From a virus (lineage: Duplodnaviria > Caudoviricetes): a stretch of DNA of 46,272 nt. The DNA is taken from the IMG/VR virus record IMGVR_UViG_3300033475_000047, positions 1-46,272 of that record; one strand, written 5' to 3'. The notes under the pieces are model-generated. The model saw nothing but the letters and a program-made list of their open reading frames with translations, searched no databases and was not told where the DNA came from. Positions within the stretch are counted from its first letter, which is position 1. Every line of letters starts with the position of its first letter. This document shows, piece by piece, positions 17,040 to 25,272 of the stretch. Made by a program: the position numbers and the translations under genes.

Positions 17040-17494
17040 TAAGCTGGGAACACGTGGCGTTGGCCATGCTTAGAGCAGACAACCAGGACGGTGAAGGCAC
17101 CGTACTGGACCTTGGTACCGACAATACTGAGCAACAGATAGAGCGCCTCCATTATCTCAAGACTATTGCCGAGGCGGCCATCGCTGAAATCCAAAAGGGT
17201 GACGCGGCGCAGATCGGCCAGCGCGCCGCCCACTACGGCAGCGGTGTTCAACCGTGGGATCACATCAAAGAGATGGGCTGGGGACCCGAGTTCGCCGCTG
17301 GCAATGCCCTCAAATACGTCCGCCGCTACAAGAACAAGAACGGCGACGATGACCTCAACAAGGGCCGTTGGTATTATCGCGAGCTGATTGAAATGGCGCT
17401 TGGCGACGCCAAGATGTTTCCGCAAGCTCGGGCAGTTTTGGACCAGCTCAGCGGGCTACTCACCGAGGAGGAACGGGGTATACTGCGTGCCTAA
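17036..17494 (+). CDS. DUF3310 (T7 gp1.7-like) putative nucleotide kinase domain protein
   Basis: HYGSGVQPWDHI...F..GNALKYVRRYKNKNGDDDLNKGRWY. Confidence 0.8.
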   Translation: MISWEHVALAMLRADNQDGEGTVLDLGTDNTEQQIERLHYLKTIAEAAIAEIQKGDAAQIGQRAAHYGSGVQPWDHIKEMGWGPEFAAGNALKYVRRYKNKNGDDDLNKGRWYYRELIEMALGDAKMFPQARAVLDQLSGLLTEEERGILRA

Positions 17495-17681
17495 AACCAT
17501 CAAGTGCATTCGTCGCGTGCCGTGCGAGTTCTGCGAGCGCAAGTTTGTGGATGAGACCTCGCGCGACCGGCACTCGCGCGAGCTCCACCGCAAGGCCTTC
17601 AACCTGGTGAAGGAGCTGCGCGCGACAATTCAAAAACTTAAAGAGCAGCTTCCTGATTATCATCACGAGCGTTCTATATGA
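17487..17681 (+). CDS. C2H2 zinc-finger protein
   Basis: CEFCERKF...HSRELH; GTG start inferred. Confidence 0.55.
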   Translation: MPKTIKCIRRVPCEFCERKFVDETSRDRHSRELHRKAFNLVKELRATIQKLKEQLPDYHHERSI

Positions 17682-19747
17682 GCAAGGTCAGCGCCGGCGC
17701 GCGCCGTCACCTCCAGGCCGCGGAGATGGGTCAGATGGCCCTGTTCCAGCCGGAGATCAAGTGGACCGCGCCGGACCTCAACACCATCAACCTGACCGGC
17801 GTCAAGCGGCTCGGGATCGATACCGAGACCCACGACGCGGAGCTCAAGACCAAGGGTCCGGGCTTTCGCTGGGGCGCCAAGCCCGTGGGCGTGTCGTTGG
17901 CGACCGACGATGGGCGCTCCTGGTACCTGCCCACCGATCATTTGGGCGGCGGCAACCTGGACCGCGGCCTGGTGAGCAAGTTCATGCGCAAGCTGGCCAG
18001 CGAGTACCGCGGCGAGCTCGTGGGCGCCAACCTGGGCTACGACCTGGACGGGCTCTCCACCTGCTGGGGCGTGGACTTTAAGCACGTGAAGGTATTCCAC
18101 GACGTGCTCGTGGCGGAACCGCTCCTGGACGAGTGGCGCGACTCCTATTCCCTCGAGGCCGTGTCGCAGACCCATCTGGGAATCGGCAAGGATGAAAACC
18201 TGCTGCGCGAGGCCGCCGAGGCGCTGGGCTTCGGCGCGTCCGAGGATGCCATCAAGCGCAACATTCATAGCATGCCGGCGGGCCTGGTGGGACCCTATGC
18301 CGAGGCCGACGCGCTGCGGCCGTTGCAAATTCTCGACAAGCAGCTGCCACTGCTCGAGGCCGACGACCAGATGACGGTCTACGAGGTGGAGCGCCGCCTC
18401 ATCCCCCTGCTCGTCCGCATGCGCCAGCGCGGCGTGCTCATCAACGAGGATAAGGTAGCCAAGCTGCGCATCCGCTTCGTGAAAGAAGTAGCGCGCTGGA
18501 CCAAGGAATTGAAGCGGCTCGCCGGCCCCAAGGCGGAGCTGCTGGAGGTGCCGGCCCTGGCCGCTGCCCTGCAGGAGCGTGGAATTGAGGTGCCGCGCAC
18601 GAAGCCCTCGCGAGCCTATCCCGATGGCCAGGATTCCATCACCAAGCCATTTCTGGAGCAGTACCAGAATGACCCGCTGGTGCGCGTTATTTTGAATGGC
18701 CGCAAGTTCAACACCCTGGTGACGACCTTCATTGATGGGCAAATACTTGGTCATTTGCATAAAGGTAGGGTTCACCCTACCTTTAAGCAAGGCAAGGATG
18801 ATGAGGGCGGCTCGCTCAGCCGGTTTGCCGGCTCGCATCCCAACCTGCAATTCATGCCGGCGCGCGAGTCCGACTGGCAGGAGGACCAGGAGGTGGCCAA
18901 GGAGGTGCGCGGCGTCTTCGAACCCGAGCAGGGGGAGGAGTGGCAGCGCGATGACTTCAGCCAGATTGAGTATCGCTTCACGACCCACTTTGCCGTGGGC
19001 CGCGGCGCGGAGGAGGCGCGCCAGGCCTATCTCAATGATCCCAAGACCGACTTCCACAAGCTCACCGCCGACATGCTGGGAGTGGATCGCGAGGACAAGA
19101 AGAAGCGCAAGCGCGTCAAGAACACCAACTTTGCCAAGAGCTACGGCGCGCAGGCACCCAAGCTGGCGCTGACCTTCGGGTGCTCGGTGGAGGAGGCGGA
19201 GGAGTTCGTGCGCGAGTATGAGGAGAAGCTGCCCTTTACCAAGGACACCTTCGATGCCTGCGCCTACTGGGCCCAGCGCAATGGCTACGTCACCACGATC
19301 CTGGGCCGCAAGCAGCGCTTTCCCTTCTGGGGTCCGGTGCGCTATCAGCGGAAAATTCCGGCAGCCGTATTTCGCGATCGCGCTGAGGCCGTGCACTACT
19401 GGATCACGAGCGAGGAGGCGCAGCGCGGCTTTCGGAAGTACCGTGGCTATACCGTGCGCGGCATTGAGCGCGTCAACACCTACATGGGAATGAACCGAAA
19501 GATGCAGGGCTCATCAGCCGACCTGACCAAGAAGGCGATGGTGGACGCGGATGAGGCCGGCATTCTTAACGTGATTGGGCCCTTCCTGGTGACCGTCCAC
19601 GACGAGCTCGGCAGCTCAATCGCCCGAACGAAGATCGCGGACGAGGCCGGCCGGGAGCTTACCCGGATCATGGAGAACGCCATCAAGCTCAAGGTGCCCG
19701 TGCTGGTGGAGAGCGACCGGGGTGCAGATTGGGGAGCCTGCTCGTGA
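17678..19747 (+). CDS. polA: Family A DNA polymerase with 3'-5' exonuclease
   Basis: Exonuclease DTET, NLGYD, YAEAD; polymerase HPNLQ, DFSQIEYR, RKRVKNTNFAKSYG (Phe at the 762-equivalent), MQGSSAD, VHDE. Confidence 0.95.
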   Translation: MSKVSAGARRHLQAAEMGQMALFQPEIKWTAPDLNTINLTGVKRLGIDTETHDAELKTKGPGFRWGAKPVGVSLATDDGRSWYLPTDHLGGGNLDRGLVSKFMRKLASEYRGELVGANLGYDLDGLSTCWGVDFKHVKVFHDVLVAEPLLDEWRDSYSLEAVSQTHLGIGKDENLLREAAEALGFGASEDAIKRNIHSMPAGLVGPYAEADALRPLQILDKQLPLLEADDQMTVYEVERRLIPLLVRMRQRGVLINEDKVAKLRIRFVKEVARWTKELKRLAGPKAELLEVPALAAALQERGIEVPRTKPSRAYPDGQDSITKPFLEQYQNDPLVRVILNGRKFNTLVTTFIDGQILGHLHKGRVHPTFKQGKDDEGGSLSRFAGSHPNLQFMPARESDWQEDQEVAKEVRGVFEPEQGEEWQRDDFSQIEYRFTTHFAVGRGAEEARQAYLNDPKTDFHKLTADMLGVDREDKKKRKRVKNTNFAKSYGAQAPKLALTFGCSVEEAEEFVREYEEKLPFTKDTFDACAYWAQRNGYVTTILGRKQRFPFWGPVRYQRKIPAAVFRDRAEAVHYWITSEEAQRGFRKYRGYTVRGIERVNTYMGMNRKMQGSSADLTKKAMVDADEAGILNVIGPFLVTVHDELGSSIARTKIADEAGRELTRIMENAIKLKVPVLVESDRGADWGACS

Positions 19748-19890
19748 TAAAATCAAAAGCGAAGATTCGGCCCGACCTGGAAAGGCTATTGGCGAAGGCC
19801 AAGAAGCGGCTGGCCAGGATGACACCAGCCGAAAAGCGCGAGATGTTCAAGCGCCAGTGCAAGAGCTGGGCGCGGCAGGATAAGGATTAA
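19744..19890 (+). CDS. Small basic hypothetical protein
   Basis: Read by hand; GTGA overlap; GGGGAG RBS. Confidence 0.5.
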   Translation: MIKSKAKIRPDLERLLAKAKKRLARMTPAEKREMFKRQCKSWARQDKD

Positions 19891-19901
19891 AAGGAGCCCA
19901 T

Positions 19902-20009
19902 ATGTCTTGGTCACTTATCCTAATTGTTGGTGGCGGTTGCCTCGCAAGTTTTGGGGCTGGCGTCAGCCTCGTTGTTTGGTTGTCCGGTAAGGCCGGGCCA
20001 AAGTTTTAA
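19902..20009 (+). CDS. Small membrane peptide (MSWSLILIVGGGCLASFGAGVSLVVWLSGKAGPKF)
   Basis: Read by hand; AAGGAG RBS; hydrophobic. Confidence 0.5.
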   Translation: MSWSLILIVGGGCLASFGAGVSLVVWLSGKAGPKF

Positions 20010-20022
20010 GGAGCGATTGCCG

Positions 20023-20184
20023 ATGGCCTACACACCAGAGCAATGCGAGCAGATCAAAAAGATGCTCCGTGAACATTCCGAAAGGCTGGTTGCAGCCGGA
20101 CCGGAAGCATGTCGCCGCTATCTAATCGAGCTTGGGACACACGACGAAGATGGAAACCTGACGCCGCAGTACGGCGGCAAATAA
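20023..20184 (+). CDS. Small hypothetical protein
   Basis: AAGGAG RBS; LIELGTHDEDGNLTPQYGG. Confidence 0.65.
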   Translation: MAYTPEQCEQIKKMLREHSERLVAAGPEACRRYLIELGTHDEDGNLTPQYGGK

Positions 20185-20196
20185 TTGGAGGGGAAA

Positions 20197-20466
20197 ATGA
20201 GGAATGACGAGATAATTGCCGAAGCTATGACGGAGGCCGCCAAGCGGTTCGTGGCCGATCCGAAGTATCCCGATGAGAAGAAACTGTACGGGGACTTGCA
20301 GGACGCCTTTGTTGATGGTGCTCGGTTTACCCTCAATAAAATGATCGTTAGCGCTGATATGGTGAGCCGCGCCTTACAGGGTTTTGACACCGGCACTGGT
20401 GACCCCAACGATTATCGCAGCCGGATGCGCGCGGCGCTTGAAGCCGCCATTCAACCCAACAATTAG
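20197..20466 (+). CDS. Hypothetical protein
   Basis: GGAGG RBS. Confidence 0.6.
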   Translation: MRNDEIIAEAMTEAAKRFVADPKYPDEKKLYGDLQDAFVDGARFTLNKMIVSADMVSRALQGFDTGTGDPNDYRSRMRAALEAAIQPNN

Positions 20467-20479
20467 CGAGCGTTTTGAA

Positions 20480-20596
20480 ATGGTGAAAATCCCATACGAA
20501 GGCCCGCGCTTTCCGCCCAAGCCGCCATCACCGGAACAGGTGATGAAAGCCTTGACGCGCGGTGACACGCACAAGCCGCTGCCGCAACGGAAATAG
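20480..20596 (+). CDS. Small hypothetical protein
   Basis: Fills the gap; weak RBS. Confidence 0.35.
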   Translation: MVKIPYEGPRFPPKPPSPEQVMKALTRGDTHKPLPQRK

Positions 20597-20604
20597 GAGC
20601 CCTC

Positions 20605-20853
20605 ATGTTGACCGACTGGCAACCGATTGAGACCGCACCGAAGGGCGAGGAAACGCCCATTCTTCTGTTCTACGATTTCCGGCCCGTGGACGGGACCGAG
20701 TGCTTCGGGATCGACCTATGCGAATGGAGTCCTGAGCATCAGGAATTTTTCGCTTGCAGCCCCGGTGCGGGTCATTCCTGCGCCCGCGCACCCATCGGCT
20801 ACACCCACTGGCATAAACTGCCCCGGCACCCGATGCCGAAGGCGATAGGCTAA
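20605..20853 (+). CDS. DUF551-like protein
   Basis: WQPIETAPKG...THW..LP signature; AGGAG RBS. Confidence 0.75.
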   Translation: MLTDWQPIETAPKGEETPILLFYDFRPVDGTECFGIDLCEWSPEHQEFFACSPGAGHSCARAPIGYTHWHKLPRHPMPKAIG

Positions 20854-20864
20854 AGGAGGGAAAT

Positions 20865-21059
20865 ATGCACACGGTTAGACGCTGGGGGTTCAAAAGTAAA
20901 AAGCAACTCCCCCTGTTCATGGTTTGGGACGAGGATTGGGCAGGCGGCGAGGTCGTTGGCGGTCACGTCATCATCACAAGCATGGACTGGCCTAACCGAC
21001 GTTTGCGTAAGTGGCTTCGCCGGGCATGGCTGAAGCTGACCAATAAACCTTACATTTAG
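20865..21059 (+). CDS. Small hypothetical protein
   Basis: AAGGAGG RBS. Confidence 0.55.
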   Translation: MHTVRRWGFKSKKQLPLFMVWDEDWAGGEVVGGHVIITSMDWPNRRLRKWLRRAWLKLTNKPYI

Positions 21060-21069
21060 CGAGCGATTG

Positions 21070-21273
21070 ATGATTACCGCAGCGGAGTTCAAGGCGGCAA
21101 CCGGACGAGAGCCGCAGCATGACGACCTTGAGCGCGTCAACTGCCCTGACGCAGGCCGGGCCGGACACCTTTGCTGTGGCTGGAACCGCGCCACTGGAAA
21201 ACCCCAATTTGAAATCGGACCAGTCGAGTGGAACGGAGACTTCCCCCGTTCATCCGCTGCACCCGGAATTTAG
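21070..21273 (+). CDS. Small hypothetical phage protein
   Basis: ATGREPQHDDLERVNC..AG..GH..CGW pattern. Confidence 0.65.
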   Translation: MITAAEFKAATGREPQHDDLERVNCPDAGRAGHLCCGWNRATGKPQFEIGPVEWNGDFPRSSAAPGI

Positions 21274-21282
21274 GAGGGAAAT

Positions 21283-21456
21283 ATGTCGGTTGAGATAAAG
21301 CCAATCCACAACAGAGACGGAAGCGCCCGATTTTTCGTCTGCTACGTCAACGGCCATCACCTTTGTGACAGGATGACCAGCGCCGAGTGCTTCGCTGCGG
21401 TGGATGATCTGATCCGGTCGCACCCGTATCTCCCCGCCACCATTTCAAAGCCATAG
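21283..21456 (+). CDS. Small hypothetical protein
   Basis: Read by hand; AGGAGG RBS; 57 aa. Confidence 0.55.
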   Translation: MSVEIKPIHNRDGSARFFVCYVNGHHLCDRMTSAECFAAVDDLIRSHPYLPATISKP

Positions 21457-21471
21457 GAAAGCGAGGGCTTG

Positions 21472-21687
21472 ATGTTGCTACAAGGCATAGGCTGCAAGGT
21501 GTGCGGGGAGACGGTCGATACCGACTGCCGCACCTGCAACGGCCAGGGTCATATCTCTAAGAATCAGGTGGAGATTGCTAACGAGCTTCGCTCGCTGCCG
21601 GAGCGCATTTCCAACCTCTCCTCACCCGACCGCGAGCTGCTGCGACGCGCCGCAGACCTTCTAACCAGCAAGGATAATTCCAAATGA
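21472..21687 (+). CDS. Small zinc-finger protein
   Basis: CKVC...CRTCNGQG. Confidence 0.55.
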   Translation: MLLQGIGCKVCGETVDTDCRTCNGQGHISKNQVEIANELRSLPERISNLSSPDRELLRRAADLLTSKDNSK

Positions 21688-22289
21688 GCTTGATCTTCAT
21701 CTACGATACCGAGACCACGGGCCTGGTGCAGAGCTCGCTGCCACCCAGCCATCCCACGCAGCCGCATCTGGTGCAGCTGGGGTGCCTGCTGGTGAGCGAT
21801 ACGGGCAAGGAGATTTGCTCGGCCGACCTCATCATTCAGCCCAATGGCTACACCATTCCGGACGGCGCCGCCAAGGTCCACGGCATCACCACCGAGATCG
21901 CCAAGGAATGCGGCGTGCCGATGGCCACGGCGCTGAGCGTCTTCGCGCAGCTGCGCGCCAAGGCCTCCGAGGTGGTGGGATTCAACCAGAAGTTTGATGA
22001 GACCGTGCTGCGCACCGCCTTTCACCGCTACGGCCGGCAGCCCTCGCATCCGGGTCCCGGCAAGATCACCTGTTGCATGGAGCTCGCCACCCCGATCATG
22101 AAGCTGCCGCCCACGGCGCGAATGGTTGCGGCCGGCTTCGACAAGTACAAGCCACCCAACCTGCAGGAGGCCTACAAGCACTTCGTGCATCCGGACGGCT
22201 TTGACGGCGCCCACTCGGCCGTCGTGGATTGCCGGGCCACGGCAGAAGTCTATTTTAAAATCATGGAGCAGAGCAGGACCAATGTCTAA
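21684..22289 (+). CDS. DnaQ-like DEDDh 3'-5' exonuclease
   Basis: YDTETTG, VHGIT, FNQKFD, AHSAVVD. Confidence 0.9.
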   Translation: MSLIFIYDTETTGLVQSSLPPSHPTQPHLVQLGCLLVSDTGKEICSADLIIQPNGYTIPDGAAKVHGITTEIAKECGVPMATALSVFAQLRAKASEVVGFNQKFDETVLRTAFHRYGRQPSHPGPGKITCCMELATPIMKLPPTARMVAAGFDKYKPPNLQEAYKHFVHPDGFDGAHSAVVDCRATAEVYFKIMEQSRTNV

Positions 22290-22698
22290 TAAGAACTTCG
22301 CCACCACCAAGCATCCCAAGACCCGAGTTACCTCACCGAAGCATCGCGGCTGGATCGGGGTGGACCTGGATGGCACCCTGGCCCATTACGATCACTGGCG
22401 CGGCTTCAACCACATTGGCGAACCCATTATACCAATGGTAAGTCGCGTCAAAGCGTGGCTCAAAGAGGGCAAGGAGGTGCGCATCTTCACCGCGCGCGTG
22501 GCATCGCCCGGCGAGATGGACGCCGGCGCCAAATACATTGAGCGCTGGTGCAAGAAGCACATCGGCCGGGCGCTCGCCATCACCGCCACCAAGGACTACG
22601 GGATGGTGGAGCTCTGGGACGATCGCGCCGTGCAGGTGGAGCTCAACACCGGCCGACGCATGGACGGCGTGCCCGATCCGGAGCACTGGACGCCATGA
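22282..22698 (+). CDS. HAD-superfamily phosphatase or nucleotidase
   Basis: IGVDLDGTLA, IFTAR, K, LWDDRA. Confidence 0.8.
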   Translation: MSNKNFATTKHPKTRVTSPKHRGWIGVDLDGTLAHYDHWRGFNHIGEPIIPMVSRVKAWLKEGKEVRIFTARVASPGEMDAGAKYIERWCKKHIGRALAITATKDYGMVELWDDRAVQVELNTGRRMDGVPDPEHWTP

Positions 22699-22961
22699 CC
22701 GTCAGGCTCAAGAAGGATGACGGCACCGAGGTTGAGGTGGAGTGGGAGGTGGAGAGCTACGGCGAGGGCTACGCCGACTGCCCCGGCAGCATCTGCGATG
22801 GCGGTGGTGAGGCCCCGACAATCAATGTCATCTCGGCCCATAACCTGGTGACGGGCGCCGAGGTGGAGCTGACACCGGCCGAGCGCGAGCGCTTCGAGGC
22901 CTGGATACTCGAGAACATTCCGATTGAACCACCCAGCTTTGAGGATGAGGTTTATGACTAG
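22695..22961 (+). CDS. Acidic hypothetical protein
   Basis: ATGA overlap; strongly Glu/Asp-rich. Confidence 0.6.
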   Translation: MTVRLKKDDGTEVEVEWEVESYGEGYADCPGSICDGGGEAPTINVISAHNLVTGAEVELTPAERERFEAWILENIPIEPPSFEDEVYD

Positions 22962-23133
22962 AGTTACCGTCTATCTCACCGGCCCATTTGCTCCCGGCAA
23001 TCGGGATTGGCACCAGGCCTACCTGCTGCGACAGGATCAGCTGGGAATTACCGTGGTGGAAAATAATGTCGGCACCGGAGAAAAGACCACCTATCCGTGG
23101 GTGAAGGTGCAGCGCGTTACGGAGCACGCCTAG
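22954..23133 (+). CDS. Small hypothetical protein
   Basis: GAGG RBS; overlaps upstream gene. Confidence 0.55.
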   Translation: MTRVTVYLTGPFAPGNRDWHQAYLLRQDQLGITVVENNVGTGEKTTYPWVKVQRVTEHA

Positions 23134-23526
23134 ATGGCCATGTCACTAAAGGACTTCCGGCAGCTCGAAAAGCTGATGACGCAGACCACCAGCGACAACG
23201 ACCACGAGGCCCTCGCCGCGCTGCGGCTCGCCAATGTCATCTTAAAGCGCTACAACTACACCTGGGCCGACGCCTTCGCCCGCCTGGTGAAGGTGGATAA
23301 CGGCATGCCGGAGGTGGAAGACGGCGGCGACTCGCTACCACGAGACAACAATCCAACAGCTAGCAAGGACGCGGCCGCAATCCGGAGTGCCTTTGAGGCC
23401 GTAAAATTCAAGGAGCTTCCAGAATATCTGGAAAACCTCATTCAATCATTCCACGAGCAGTTTACGCAGAAGGGATATCTTAGCGCCAAGCAGCAAGGCA
23501 TTCTCTTTAAGGCGGCCGAGCAGTGA
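23134..23526 (+). CDS. Hypothetical protein with DUF2786-like N-terminus
   Basis: KL...SDNDHEALAALRLAN.ILKRY. Confidence 0.6.
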   Translation: MAMSLKDFRQLEKLMTQTTSDNDHEALAALRLANVILKRYNYTWADAFARLVKVDNGMPEVEDGGDSLPRDNNPTASKDAAAIRSAFEAVKFKELPEYLENLIQSFHEQFTQKGYLSAKQQGILFKAAEQ

Positions 23527-23954
23527 GCAGCGAAGACGGGCTCTGGAAGACGATGCGGGACAAGGTGGGAGTGTTCCTCTGCCTTCACCGCGTGGAGAAC
23601 AGCTGCGAGAAGGGAACGCCCGACGTCGCCTGGGCCGGCAAGATTCCCAGCTCCGCCAGCCGTTGCAGCGGCTGGCTCGAGCTCAAGCACGGCGAGTGGC
23701 CAGCAAAGCCCACAACCCCCCTGAACATTCCGAAGCTCTACCTGGAGCAGGTCCAGTGGCAGGAGGAATGGCACGAGGCAGGGGGTAAGGTGGCGACGCT
23801 CATCCAGGTGGACCGCGATTATTTGTTTGTCTCGCCGATGGTGTTGCGGCTCATCTACGAGCGGCGCGCGACGCAGAGTGCGCTGCAGCAGTACATCATC
23901 GGCAGCAAGATTTTTCCAACCACGCAACTCATCAAGAGTCTCATTTTATCATGA
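23523..23954 (+). CDS. PD-(D/E)xK nuclease, Holliday junction resolvase/VRR-NUC-like
   Basis: RVEN...GTPDV...WLELK...Q..W....AGG. Confidence 0.8.
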   Translation: MSSEDGLWKTMRDKVGVFLCLHRVENSCEKGTPDVAWAGKIPSSASRCSGWLELKHGEWPAKPTTPLNIPKLYLEQVQWQEEWHEAGGKVATLIQVDRDYLFVSPMVLRLIYERRATQSALQQYIIGSKIFPTTQLIKSLILS

Positions 23955-24304
23955 ACATCACTAACAAAGACCTCACCGACCAGACCTTTGGCGAGCAGCT
24001 CTGGCTGTGGCGCCGGCGCGAAGGATTCAAGCAGACCACCGCCGCGGCGCGTCTCGGCATGGGCCGCACCACCTATTGGAAGCACGAAACCGACCAGGTG
24101 GAATTTGAGCTGCCGCGCTGGTGGCGCGATCCTCCGCAGACGGTGGGAGAGCTCTGCGCCCTGGCCCGGCGCCGCACGGGCTGGTCCCTGCGCAAGACGG
24201 CCGCGAAGGTCGGGGTAAGTCACGTAATCCTCTTGCGCCGGGAGGCCTGCGGGCACCTGGATTTGCGGGCCTTTTGGGAGGCCCGAGGCTTCCAGTTTAG
24301 CTAA
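23951..24304 (+). CDS. Tandem XRE-type HTH regulator
   Basis: Two repeats of RRR.G.....A...G.S/G......E. Confidence 0.75.
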   Translation: MNITNKDLTDQTFGEQLWLWRRREGFKQTTAAARLGMGRTTYWKHETDQVEFELPRWWRDPPQTVGELCALARRRTGWSLRKTAAKVGVSHVILLRREACGHLDLRAFWEARGFQFS

Positions 24305-24353
24305 GTTCCTGGAATTAAAGCGTTTAAACAGCACCTAAAATATCTTCATGTAG

Positions 24354-24387
24354 GGGGTTTACTTTTGTTTAGAGCCGTGGTGTAGTC
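24354..24387 (+). promoter_or_regulatory. Repeated sigma70-like phage promoter, copy 2
   Basis: TTTACT-17bp-TGTAGT; 28/34 identical to 6023-6056; AT-rich upstream region contains GTTTAAAC. Confidence 0.7.
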
Positions 24388-24400
24388 TCTTCACAGAACC

Positions 24401-24727
24401 AAGGAGGTCTTCAATGACCTACGTTGATAAAGATGCCGCCCTCAAGGCGGACTATGCCGACCTCGGTGTGACCACCGGCTATATCGGCAACATCTACCCC
24501 GGCCGCGACGATCGTTCATTCTATGTCTTCACGCAGGCCCGCAATCAACAGACCCGCGAAATGGTGGGTATTCACGTCTTCTGCGTCCCGCGCTCGCACA
24601 AGGGCCTGTGGAATGCGCCGGTAGACTTTGACACTCCCGCCATTCGCGCAAAGCTTGACGCCGTTAGGGCGCAGGTTGCTGCCGGTAAATTCCATATCGT
24701 AAATCGCTAAGGAGGTCTTCAATGACC
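24401..24727 (+). repeat. 19-bp direct repeat AAGGAGGTCTTCAATGACC at the starts of two consecutive genes
   Basis: Exact copies at 24401-24419 and 24709-24727. Confidence 0.85.
24414..24710 (+). CDS. Hypothetical early protein
   Basis: AAGGAGG RBS directly downstream of the promoter. Confidence 0.75.
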   Translation: MTYVDKDAALKADYADLGVTTGYIGNIYPGRDDRSFYVFTQARNQQTREMVGIHVFCVPRSHKGLWNAPVDFDTPAIRAKLDAVRAQVAAGKFHIVNR

Positions 24728-25018
24728 ACGAGCACCTTTCAAGAATCGTTTAAACAGCCTATCACCTCCCGCGCGGCCGCGTGTCGCTTCATTGAGCTGC
24801 TTGTCGCGAGCAACCTCGCCTATCATTTTGAGGACAGCGCCAATTCCATCGGCAACACCGTGAACGGCGAATGGGTCCGGACCTTCTCGGATGAGGAGGC
24901 AGAAATCATGGATGAGCGCGTCAACGAGCTCTACTACAGCGGCTTCAATTGGGACCGCTTCGGCGGCTGCCCGATCGGGTATCAGCTGCGCGTCCTCAAG
25001 CGGGTAGGAGCTATCTAA
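24722..25018 (+). CDS. Hypothetical early protein
   Basis: AAGGAGG RBS; YHFEDSA...FSDEEA. Confidence 0.75.
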   Translation: MTTSTFQESFKQPITSRAAACRFIELLVASNLAYHFEDSANSIGNTVNGEWVRTFSDEEAEIMDERVNELYYSGFNWDRFGGCPIGYQLRVLKRVGAI

Positions 25019-25272
25019 TGGCTACGCTTCATCTTGAAGACTTCAGCGCCATGACCACCAAAAAGGTCAAGGTGGAAACCCTAGCGGAGGCCTCCAAAAA
25101 GACCTTGGCCTTCATTGAAGATAGAGACCTCGGCAGCCGCGATGTTGGCATGTGCGTGGTACTTAGAGAGGGCAAGGTGATCGCGCATATTTCCTACAAC
25201 GGGCGCGTTTGGGAGGCCGGCGGTTTGGGTCTTGTGGAAATTACCGGCAACAAGCTGCAGGAGAAGCTCTAA
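25018..25272 (+). CDS. Hypothetical protein
   Basis: AGGAG RBS; TAATG overlap; IAHISYNGRVW. Confidence 0.7.
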   Translation: MATLHLEDFSAMTTKKVKVETLAEASKKTLAFIEDRDLGSRDVGMCVVLREGKVIAHISYNGRVWEAGGLGLVEITGNKLQEKL

